DNA from: a virus
Taxonomy: Duplodnaviria > Caudoviricetes
Length of the DNA: 64,000 nucleotides
Direction: 5' to 3' (one strand)
Virus record (IMG/VR): IMGVR_UViG_3300034061_006011
Below the pieces are notes generated by a model that saw only the letters and a list, made by a program, of their open reading frames with translations, was not told where the DNA came from and ran no database searches. The position numbers were made by a program, and so were the translations under genes. Below are positions 1 through 8,444 of the stretch, in pieces (position 1 is the stretch's first letter; every line of letters starts with the position of its first letter).

Positions 1-514
1 TCTTTTGCATTTCTGCATAGATGATAGCTAAAGCTTCATTGATTGGACTTGGATTTAGTTTATAACCAGCTTCGCTTCTATAACTCTTAAATATGCTGTG
101 AAGAATTTTTTGATGGTAATCTGCATCTGTTTCTGTGTTTACGGCATTTGCAGGAACACAATAATAGATCTTTTCATCATCTTTATCAATTTCGCCAATC
201 AATGAATGAATCATGATCTGCAAGATTTCAAATGCACTTTTTTCTTTTGGATTAACGCATCCTTCTGACATTGGACGCTTTAGTTCTAAAGAAGCTAATG
301 TGTAAGCCATATTTACAGCAGCTTCACCAAGAACATAACCCATATTGTCCCTTTCAATCAAAGGAACACCAGAGTTTTTCATCATGTTAAATAAGAAACG
401 ATTTTCTAAAGGAATTTCAACAAATGAATTGATTCCCTTGTTGAATTCAATTTCTTTCTTGTTTCTTTTGGCGCAAATCAAAGAAAACGTACCAACATCA
501 AATCCGAGACTCAT
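1..514 (-). CDS. Actin-family ATPase (volactin/MamK/MreB-like), 3'-truncated by the window edge; not in ORF track
   Basis: Manual translation from ATG at 514 stays open to the edge: MSLGFDVGTFSLICA (phosphate-1 loop) ... YVLGEAA ... KRPMSEG ... IYYCVPA ... PINEALAIIYAE (connect-1). AAGGAG Shine-Dalgarno upstream; ATGA overlap with the upstream gene. Confidence 0.8.
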   Translation of the reverse strand, partial: MSLGFDVGTFSLICAKRNKKEIEFNKGINSFVEIPLENRFLFNMMKNSGVPLIERDNMGYVLGEAAVNMAYTLASLELKRPMSEGCVNPKEKSAFEILQIMIHSLIGEIDKDDEKIYYCVPANAVNTETDADYHQKILHSIFKSYRSEAGYKLNPSPINEALAIIYAEMQK

Positions 515-744
515 GACTGCTCCTTATTTCCAAATTTTATTTTTGGGACACTGTTGAATTCGGGTATTTCCCAAAGCGTTTGTTTTTCTTCTTGCTTTAC
601 TTTTTTTTCTTCTTGTTTCGACTCAACAGTAGTATTTACAACACCTTGAGTCAAATTAATATTAATATCTAGTTTTAAATTGACTAGAACTTCGCCATTA
701 ACGGTTTTAACACTAATTTCTGTTGGTTTTATTAATTGTGCCAC
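511..744 (-). CDS. Small hypothetical protein translationally coupled to the actin gene
   Basis: 77-aa ORF with GTG start; its TGA overlaps the actin ATG. Confidence 0.65.
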   Translation of the reverse strand: MAQLIKPTEISVKTVNGEVLVNLKLDININLTQGVVNTTVESKQEEKKVKQEEKQTLWEIPEFNSVPKIKFGNKEQS

Positions 745-758
745 AAATTAACATAGTT

Positions 759-1718
759 TTAAACGCAAAATTTGTTTAAAAAATAGTTTAGTTTATCGTT
801 TACAATATCCATTGGTAATTCTATTGAACATTTTAATTGTTTGTCAATTAAAGGATAAGGACATCTTCCCATGTTATTACAAGGTCCGCATGTCCAATTT
901 TTATCATTTGATGAATCTTTTTGAATAACTGTTAAGTTTTTATAATGTTTACCAACAACATGTCCATTTGTGTAATTAAAAAATCCTAGCAAAGGTTTGT
1001 TATATCCACCAGCGCAATGTAAATGACCTGTGTCTGTTGATATTACCATGTCTGAAAAATATATCATACTCATTGCTTCAATAAAATTTCTACATGCTAT
1101 TAGTGGAAATTTTAATTGATCTAATGTTGGAATATTATGCATATAAAAACAGAAAGCATTAGTTTCTAATAATCTTTTTTCTACAAGTTCACGATGTTTT
1201 TGCATTATATGTCTAGTAGGGACTGCGCTATATGGTGTAAATGCTATTATTTTTTGACCTTCTTTATATCCACCTTGTTTAAATAAAGAAAAAATATAAT
1301 CTCTATTTTTTTCTAAACTAGGTAAATGCATGTTATGATTGTCTAATGTAAGTCCAAATGATTCAGCCCAAATATCACTGCGATTTTTAACACATTCTTT
1401 GTTGTAGAAAGCTTCATGTCTTGAGCAATGATGTGTTATATTAAAAACTTGCCTATAATTATTATAATCAATGTCTTTATGATCTATTACTTCATCAATA
1501 TATTTATGATCTTTTATTACTTGAAAATAAGCTTGAGGTAGAGCATATGTTATTTTAAAATCAGGATATTGCTTTTTTAGATCTTCAAATATCATTCTAG
1601 ACATTAAAATGTCGCCGTATCCACCACATAAACGTAAAATGCAAATATTATTTTTTATTTTATTGTAATGTTTGATTCCTTGTGCCTTTTTAGGAGGCAT
1701 TTTAATAATTAGTTTCAC
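759..1718 (-). CDS. Glycosyltransferase family 9-like (GT-B fold)
   Basis: GGYGDILMS...LKKQYPDFKITY and ISTDTGHLHCAGGYNKP motifs typical of GT9. Confidence 0.85.
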   Translation of the reverse strand: MKLIIKMPPKKAQGIKHYNKIKNNICILRLCGGYGDILMSRMIFEDLKKQYPDFKITYALPQAYFQVIKDHKYIDEVIDHKDIDYNNYRQVFNITHHCSRHEAFYNKECVKNRSDIWAESFGLTLDNHNMHLPSLEKNRDYIFSLFKQGGYKEGQKIIAFTPYSAVPTRHIMQKHRELVEKRLLETNAFCFYMHNIPTLDQLKFPLIACRNFIEAMSMIYFSDMVISTDTGHLHCAGGYNKPLLGFFNYTNGHVVGKHYKNLTVIQKDSSNDKNWTCGPCNNMGRCPYPLIDKQLKCSIELPMDIVNDKLNYFLNKFCV

Positions 1719-1781
1719 AAAATAAAAATAGTGCTCGCAATTTAAATTGCAAGCACTATTTATTAATTTTTAATAATTAAG

Positions 1782-2390
1782 TTAGCTGTTGCATTGAGAA
1801 ACAACAGAATAAAGAGCTTCGATGTTGAATGTGCCAAATACGCCTGTTGCACCAGACATCTGAGGCTGAACAGCGACTCTATTGATAGAAATATCGCCAC
1901 CATTGAATACCTGAGTGCTGCCAGCTTCAAGGACAAAGATAGCGCCAGAACTACCGTTAAGCTGAACAATTGCATTGTTACCAGAAGCAAGAGCACCAGC
2001 ATTGGTAAGCTGCATAAAGGAAGCAAAGCTGCCAGTGTCGCCAGCAATGTCGATAATGTTGCCAGAAGAAACAAGAGTCTTACCAGAAGTAAGGGTGATG
2101 TTTGTTACTGCTGGATAGGTATTTTCGCTAGCAATGTCGCTGTAAACGCTACCATCATCAGTAACAACTTCGATGAAAGCATCATCAACAGATACAGCTG
2201 GAACTGCAAATTGCTTCCAGTAGTTGCAATCGGTGAAGGTTGTACCGTCAGCGATCTCACGAATTTTGCCATTTGGTCCAGTTACAAACATAGTGCGCTG
2301 AACGCTAGTGGAGAACTCAACACCAGTAGCTGGATCAATGTCGAGAGTGCCCTGATTTCCCTGATTTAATTTTACTCGAAATACACTCAT
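1782..2390 (-). CDS. Hypothetical protein, probably virion structural
   Basis: 202-aa G/S/T/A-rich ORF with AAGGAG RBS and TATATATA upstream. Confidence 0.65.
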   Translation of the reverse strand: MSVFRVKLNQGNQGTLDIDPATGVEFSTSVQRTMFVTGPNGKIREIADGTTFTDCNYWKQFAVPAVSVDDAFIEVVTDDGSVYSDIASENTYPAVTNITLTSGKTLVSSGNIIDIAGDTGSFASFMQLTNAGALASGNNAIVQLNGSSGAIFVLEAGSTQVFNGGDISINRVAVQPQMSGATGVFGTFNIEALYSVVSQCNS

Positions 2391-2561
2391 TTTTAAACTC
2401 CTTCATATGAAGATTTACTTACTATATATATAATCGTAGCTATATTTTTTTCTGCTTTGGAAACATTTTTAAAAATAATCCACTACAGTTTCCATTATTA
2501 GTTATTGCAGATACTAATAAATTTTTATTAGTATCTTAAAAAAATTGACAATACTATTATA

Positions 2562-2882
2562 TTATTTAAATTTTATATCATTTTTATCAAAATAATCTTT
2601 TATTCCATTGCCTTTGGGGTTGATATAAATTTCTTCACAAACGGCAAAATTATTTTTATTCTTTTCCATTTCTTCTAGACTAATAAAATTACTTGGTAGT
2701 TTTAAATCTTTTATTACATTGTTAGTAAAAGCAAAGTAAAAATTAATTTCAGGATATTTTTCTTTTATATTTTCTTGTAATATATTTAATTGGATTGCAT
2801 ATTCTAAGTTATAGACAGATAGATATATGCAATAATTGTTTGTAATTTTTGAAAGGATTTTAATTGTGGAAGAATCAGTCAC
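2562..2882 (-). CDS. Hypothetical protein
   Basis: 106-aa ORF filling an otherwise empty gap. Confidence 0.5.
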   Translation of the reverse strand: MTDSSTIKILSKITNNYCIYLSVYNLEYAIQLNILQENIKEKYPEINFYFAFTNNVIKDLKLPSNFISLEEMEKNKNNFAVCEEIYINPKGNGIKDYFDKNDIKFK

Positions 2883-3023
2883 AAATCCATCTCCAGATGA
2901 AAAGTCAAAAATTGAAGATTCTCTAGATGCTATGCAAAAGTTTTCTGCAAGTCTAGGACCAAATGATATTTACAGTCAAATTTTGATTGAAGAACTTTTT
3001 AAGGTTTTATGCAAAAAATGATC

Positions 3024-3051
3024 TTGATTTGTTAATAATCCATGCTATAAA
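3024..3051 (+). promoter_or_regulatory. Sigma70-type promoter
   Basis: TTGATT-N16-TATAAA with TGC extended -10, just upstream of ORF 3066. Confidence 0.5.
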
Positions 3052-3065
3052 TGAGTTAACCAGTA

Positions 3066-3593
3066 ATGAACTGGATTCAAGCCGCCCACATGGAGGATGT
3101 TGCTGTGAGACTTAGATACGTTTGGACATTGGTAGCTTTCGGTGTTATTTTCTCTTTGGGTGCTGTTAATTTTTATCAGTACAACAATGTCAGGAAATTA
3201 GAATTTTTCATGGAATGTGAAAGAGAACGAGCACGGATCAATGATGATCAGCTCAGAGAAAACACAATGAGAATGATTTCTGATTTAAGAGATCAAAACA
3301 TTGAAAGTGCTAGATCGCAAGGCAGGCTTGATGGCATTATTAGTGCTATCAATAACCTTAAGCTTTCTGAAGACAACGAATACAACAAGATTTGGCATGC
3401 CGGATATTATAACGGCACTGAAACACACAAACAACTTGTTGATGCTGCTTATGAAAACGGATATCATAAAGCAACAGAAGATGGTGCATGCACGGCTAAG
3501 GTAGATGCTAAGAAAGCTGCTGAAGCTAAAAATAAACCAGAAGTTGCTCCGCAGAAGAAGCCAGCAAATTCAGACATGACTACACAGAAGTAA
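3066..3593 (+). CDS. Membrane-anchored hypothetical protein
   Basis: Hydrophobic segment YVWTLVAFGVIFSLGAVNFY, then coiled coil and (A/W)xxxGYxxG/A repeats. Confidence 0.7.
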   Translation: MNWIQAAHMEDVAVRLRYVWTLVAFGVIFSLGAVNFYQYNNVRKLEFFMECERERARINDDQLRENTMRMISDLRDQNIESARSQGRLDGIISAINNLKLSEDNEYNKIWHAGYYNGTETHKQLVDAAYENGYHKATEDGACTAKVDAKKAAEAKNKPEVAPQKKPANSDMTTQK

Positions 3594-3613
3594 AAGTGTT
3601 GTTCATTTTGTAG

Positions 3614-3638
3614 CCACCTGCACTAATAGTGCAGGTGG
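3614..3638. terminator. Intrinsic terminator hairpin between convergent genes
   Basis: CCACCTGCACT-aat-AGTGCAGGTGG (11-bp perfect stem) followed by T-rich sequence. Confidence 0.75.
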
Positions 3639-3639
3639 T

Positions 3640-3918
3640 TTAGTTTTCTATAATATCATTTATGTTAAGATAAAATCTGCCTCTTGCAGACTTAATTAAC
3701 ACTTGATTTTCGATAATCTCTTCTACTGTTCCACCATTCTTGATAAAATCTTTTCCAATTTTTAATGAATTACCAATTATGATATCTGCTACTTCGCAAA
3801 AGTGTTTTAGTGATAAATTTGTTGTAACGCTATTACCGATCAATTTTTTATTTTCATTGATCTCGTTTTGAGCTTTTAGCCATTTCTTAAAATCGTAAAC
3901 AAATTTGTTATTGTTCAT
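3640..3918 (-). CDS. Hypothetical protein with capsid-targeting-like N-terminus
   Basis: YDFKKWLKAQNEINE near the N-terminus. Confidence 0.6.
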   Translation of the reverse strand: MNNNKFVYDFKKWLKAQNEINENKKLIGNSVTTNLSLKHFCEVADIIIGNSLKIGKDFIKNGGTVEEIIENQVLIKSARGRFYLNINDIIEN

Positions 3919-4813
3919 AAAATTTTTCTAAATTGTTTGGTTCAATATAGTTAGCAAACAACAAAGAATTTTTTATTCCAATGTAAGAAATATTTGTGTT
4001 TGAATTTCCAAGTTTTTGCCAGAATAAATTTGCATCAATAATATTTTTTGCAATTTTCTGTTGGGGATAGAAATGAAAATTTGTATCTTCTATTTTCTCT
4101 GTCCCCGGTCTTTGTTTTTCATAAGCATTTATTGGATAAGCAATGCATAATTTTTCACATTTCATTTTAGATGCTAATATTATTGCAGCAGATATTGAAC
4201 TTCTGTATTCATCAATATAATCAGCACTTTTGTGACTAATTGGACTTTCATAATTCTCATCTGGAGTTGTATTGTATCTAAATATTTTGTTTGGATATCT
4301 TTTAATAAATTTGTTGCATGATCTTGAACTTGCTATAAGGAATGGAAATATTCTTTCAGGCAGACAGGTTAAAGAATCTTCAAATGGATTAGTAAAAACC
4401 ATATAGTCTGGTAATCTTTTAGATTTCCAAAATCTGCTAGCACCATAAACTGTGATAATTTTTACATCTTTTGGCAATTGATCTAACCATGCGGTTGAAT
4501 TAGAAAATCCAAATCCATCTGATATTATTAATATTTTTTTGTGGATTATTGTTTCACTAAAAAAATCAAGCATTTGCATTTCTTGATTTTTCATTTCATT
4601 GTCTAGAAGAGTCTTCACTTCTTCTTTGCCATAAAATCCATTAATGTCTTTTGGCACAACATTTGGTTTCAAAAAATTCCTTACCCAAATGTTTTCATCA
4701 GTTAAATAATAATCATTCTTGTTTTTATGCAATTTGATTGTAACATTTTTCTCTTTATTGTTCGGCAGATTTACTTTAAAACTCTTGTAACTCTGCATGT
4801 TATTTTCTATCAT
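3908..4813 (-). CDS. DUF115/MptE-like domain protein (often glycosylation-associated)
   Basis: ILIISDGFGF...KIITVYGA...LPDYMVFTN resembles the DUF115 pattern (GPSL...AVN...PDY). Confidence 0.45.
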   Translation of the reverse strand: MIENNMQSYKSFKVNLPNNKEKNVTIKLHKNKNDYYLTDENIWVRNFLKPNVVPKDINGFYGKEEVKTLLDNEMKNQEMQMLDFFSETIIHKKILIISDGFGFSNSTAWLDQLPKDVKIITVYGASRFWKSKRLPDYMVFTNPFEDSLTCLPERIFPFLIASSRSCNKFIKRYPNKIFRYNTTPDENYESPISHKSADYIDEYRSSISAAIILASKMKCEKLCIAYPINAYEKQRPGTEKIEDTNFHFYPQQKIAKNIIDANLFWQKLGNSNTNISYIGIKNSLLFANYIEPNNLEKFYEQ

Positions 4814-7800
4814 TGAATTCTGTTGATTCCCTTTCTGAGTCCTGTATTTTGTTAAATACAGTTTCTGCTTTAATCATATTAATTATTGGAGTTACATTGT
4901 TCTCAATATTAACTACACTTTGGTTAACAACAGGTTCAATATCAATTTTTTCTATCTTAATTTCTTCTGTAACTGAATCGTTCTCAACAAAATTTATGTT
5001 TTTGACTTCTTCTTTTTCACTCTTAGAATCCTCATATATTTCTACTATTTGAGGAATATTATCAATATTAATTGATTTAGAATCAGATTCTGTAACATTG
5101 TCTTTAGCAACTGGGGTAAAGAGCGTAGCTTCTTCTATATTAGTATTAATTTTTTCAATTTCTTTACTTGAATTCAATTCTGACAATTTCAAAAATTTCA
5201 TTTCTGTTTTTTTGCTTTGATTGTAAACTTCGATTCCAAAATTAACATTCTTCATTTTGTCTTTAGCTTTTATCAAATGTAAATTTGATTTTTCACAAAA
5301 ACGATTGCAATCTCTAAGATTGTCAAATAATCCTAAGTTTTCAAAATAAAGACCAGCATTATCAATGTTTATACTCAAACATTCACACTTGTTGTTGGTT
5401 AATAAAGGATCTTTTACTGCAAAATAAATGTTGCTTTCAGTTGCGTTGAATGCAAAGGATGGTACAGGTTGACAGTTGATATCGTTTTGTTCTTCGCCCT
5501 CAGTCGGGCACGCTTCACCTAATCCGGGACAATTACAAGATGCAGTACAACCTAAAGGAGTGGGTGGTGACAAATTACAGGGTGATGTAGCAACCCATAT
5601 ACCAGCACTACATATTTTGCTACAAAAACAAGATAAACAATTACCTACTGGAGCAGAAGGTGTAGGCGGTGTTGGTGCAGTTGGTGTACACGAAGGATCT
5701 TTTTTACATGGTCTGTAAACAACCTGACCACTTATGCCTCTATTAGAAGGAGGTGGAGAAGTTATGCAAACATCAGGACAGTCATCGCAACAAATACATT
5801 TGTCGTTATCAAAAGTTTCATAGTTCCAACAAGTATTTATAGAAAACCATCTATTGTCTTGTACAGACCATTGGCACTGACAAGAACACTCGTTTTTTTC
5901 GCTTAGAACATCAGTGCAGTCGTTAGTTGGATCATGTTCAGTACATACAGTAAATCTTTGATAGTCGCCCGGTTGAGTCGGTGCTTGTAAATCCTCTAAA
6001 CAATAACATTCACAATTACCAATACAGTTAGAAATTTTTCTCCAGTTTGGATTTGGTATATCTGGGTGACAAGGAGTTCCAAGTCCGGGATCATATTGCC
6101 ATTCACATTGGTTAGGACATCCGGGATCTTTAAAACAACCAGTTGAAGCAAGTTCACCATCAGTTGTTCCGGGATTCTTTGGATGTGTGCAAGAACAACT
6201 AACATTAAAACAGCCTATTTGTTTAGGCATCCATTCTTCAAGTATTGAACTCCATTCCCAGAGACAATTTTCACCACAATAAGATTTACATCCAATATGG
6301 ATTATATCACCAATAAATTGAATTGGTGAAATTGGAATTTCCGATCCATCTCGACATACACAATCTCCATCACATGGTTGATAAATAAACGCACCATCAG
6401 CAGGTTGTCCATATTTCCTACATCCAGCATTATTACCAGTTGCCTGTGCCCACGAAGCAATACCTGAAGAATTAATTCCAAAAATGTATCTACACATACA
6501 ATTTTTGCAGTTTGAAGGATAATATGGATAAAAAGATGGAGTAAGATATATTGGTGTAATACTTGGAGTTAATGGCGCTGTTGGATTAGGAGGTCCGGGT
6601 GGTAAAAATCCGGGAGATGCTGGAACTGGTGGGAAAGCTGGTCCCGGTGGAATTGGTCCTGATGCCGGTGATGCTGGTCCTGATGCCGGTCCCGCCGCTG
6701 GTCCGGGATTAAATATTGGCGATGATGGCGAAGCTACCGGAGCAGAAGCTGGCGATGATGGAGCAGTCGGACCAAAACAAATATTATCTGAAACGCATAT
6801 GTTTATTAAAGCTCTACCAATAATACCAATTTGGTCGCATGTATCATATCCAGTATCATTGTTAAATTTTTGGACATACATCTCGTATTGTCCATCTGGA
6901 TTAATATTTTGAAAAGAAGATAAACCTGTTTTGTATGGAGCAGGTGGAGCAGGAGCAAGCAAACTGATATTTTCATGTCCATTTGGAGATGGATGATAAG
7001 TTCCAGATAACAAAGGAGTGTTAGTACTAACAGGTAATATATAATTTGTACTACTATCATCAAATGTTATATCAACATAATCAGCAATAGTATATGCGTT
7101 TGCGCCAATTGCTAATAATAATACAGCTGTTCCGTCTGGTCCAACCACTAATATTCTTACATCACCTAATCTTTTACTTGGTTTGAAAATTTTTAAAGAT
7201 TCAATTTCCACTGTCATTTTACTTATTGATGGCGTTCCATTACATAAAGATCCTGCAATAGTAAAATTAGCTGGATAAGGATTTGCTGTACAATTTGACC
7301 TAATATTTATTCCACCCGTTCTTATTGTAAAACAATCATTAAAATCAAAATTAACATTACCACCAATGGTTATTGGCGTAACACTTATCAAACTTGGGAT
7401 ATTTGGGAAAGGACTAACAGAAATAAATGAAGGAATGTTTGGAAACGGAGTTACTGTAATCACTGAAGGAATATTAAGATCTGGAGTTATATTAATAGTT
7501 GATGGTATAAATATAGGTCCAATATTAGCAAAAAAGTTTGGAAATACAATCGGAGGAAAGTTAATAATAACAGGATCACAATTTGCCGTAACAATCGGAA
7601 AAGGACCGGGAGTCAAAGCAGTTGGAATAGGTAAAGTAGGAACAGTTGCAGGAGTTCTAGCATCAATTAAATTTCCAGCGCCACCAACATTGTTTCTTAC
7701 TATGCCAGATACAACTGTAGAACAATTTTGATTAACTACCGTTAAAACTGGATCAACAACAAAGTTTGGTGGATAAATATGAGTGCCAATTAAACTGTTT

Positions 7801-8411
7801 GCATCAGATGTACCATCACCAAAATCTAAAATAAAACTATTAATATTTCCATTGATTATAATTTCATATGATATTTCAGTTCCAGTAACTGGACTCGAAG
7901 AAATAGTAGTATAATAAAATGTTACATCAGGACAACCAGAGTCATCTCCTATTTGCGGTAAACCTGCTAAATTTCTAACTCTCCAGTCAACAGTAGCTTG
8001 ATCTGGATTCTCCGTATAACCAATAAAATTTTCAGTGTTTACAATCGCTCTGGCAAGCTGATTGTGATGTTCTGCCATCACAAATCCACGAATATCTGTA
8101 CCAGCAGCATTAAACTTGGAAGACTTTCCACCAATATTACGCAAACAATTCAACAAACCATTCACTTTACTTGTATATTGGTCTTTGCTTACATTTTCGT
8201 AATAAAGAACTTCACCAGATATTGTGGCGTATCCATTATCTGCCCAAACTTCTGGTTTATCAGCATCAACAGGTTTGATATACAATGTTGTATCAAATTG
8301 TTCTGCTGATTTTGTTAGTATACTTTCAGTTGTGTTGTATACGTTAAGGAGTGTATAATCAGAATCATAGTTCTGAGGATATTGTGACGTTGGCGGAAAT
8401 ACTTGCTTCAA
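4800..8411 (-). CDS. Fibre/adhesin-like virion protein: anchor module, PKD, Pro-rich linkers, P-domain, Cys-rich repeats
   Basis: PKD motif ILDFGDGT...HIYP; P-domain-like GDVRILVVGPDGTAVLL...ITFDDS...DGQYEMYV; Cys-rich C-terminal part. Confidence 0.7.
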   Translation of the reverse strand: MKQVFPPTSQYPQNYDSDYTLLNVYNTTESILTKSAEQFDTTLYIKPVDADKPEVWADNGYATISGEVLYYENVSKDQYTSKVNGLLNCLRNIGGKSSKFNAAGTDIRGFVMAEHHNQLARAIVNTENFIGYTENPDQATVDWRVRNLAGLPQIGDDSGCPDVTFYYTTISSSPVTGTEISYEIIINGNINSFILDFGDGTSDANSLIGTHIYPPNFVVDPVLTVVNQNCSTVVSGIVRNNVGGAGNLIDARTPATVPTLPIPTALTPGPFPIVTANCDPVIINFPPIVFPNFFANIGPIFIPSTINITPDLNIPSVITVTPFPNIPSFISVSPFPNIPSLISVTPITIGGNVNFDFNDCFTIRTGGINIRSNCTANPYPANFTIAGSLCNGTPSISKMTVEIESLKIFKPSKRLGDVRILVVGPDGTAVLLLAIGANAYTIADYVDITFDDSSTNYILPVSTNTPLLSGTYHPSPNGHENISLLAPAPPAPYKTGLSSFQNINPDGQYEMYVQKFNNDTGYDTCDQIGIIGRALINICVSDNICFGPTAPSSPASAPVASPSSPIFNPGPAAGPASGPASPASGPIPPGPAFPPVPASPGFLPPGPPNPTAPLTPSITPIYLTPSFYPYYPSNCKNCMCRYIFGINSSGIASWAQATGNNAGCRKYGQPADGAFIYQPCDGDCVCRDGSEIPISPIQFIGDIIHIGCKSYCGENCLWEWSSILEEWMPKQIGCFNVSCSCTHPKNPGTTDGELASTGCFKDPGCPNQCEWQYDPGLGTPCHPDIPNPNWRKISNCIGNCECYCLEDLQAPTQPGDYQRFTVCTEHDPTNDCTDVLSEKNECSCQCQWSVQDNRWFSINTCWNYETFDNDKCICCDDCPDVCITSPPPSNRGISGQVVYRPCKKDPSCTPTAPTPPTPSAPVGNCLSCFCSKICSAGIWVATSPCNLSPPTPLGCTASCNCPGLGEACPTEGEEQNDINCQPVPSFAFNATESNIYFAVKDPLLTNNKCECLSINIDNAGLYFENLGLFDNLRDCNRFCEKSNLHLIKAKDKMKNVNFGIEVYNQSKKTEMKFLKLSELNSSKEIEKINTNIEEATLFTPVAKDNVTESDSKSINIDNIPQIVEIYEDSKSEKEEVKNINFVENDSVTEEIKIEKIDIEPVVNQSVVNIENNVTPIINMIKAETVFNKIQDSERESTEFNDRK

Positions 8412-8444
8412 TTTTATGCCCTACCTATTAATATTTAGTTTAAT

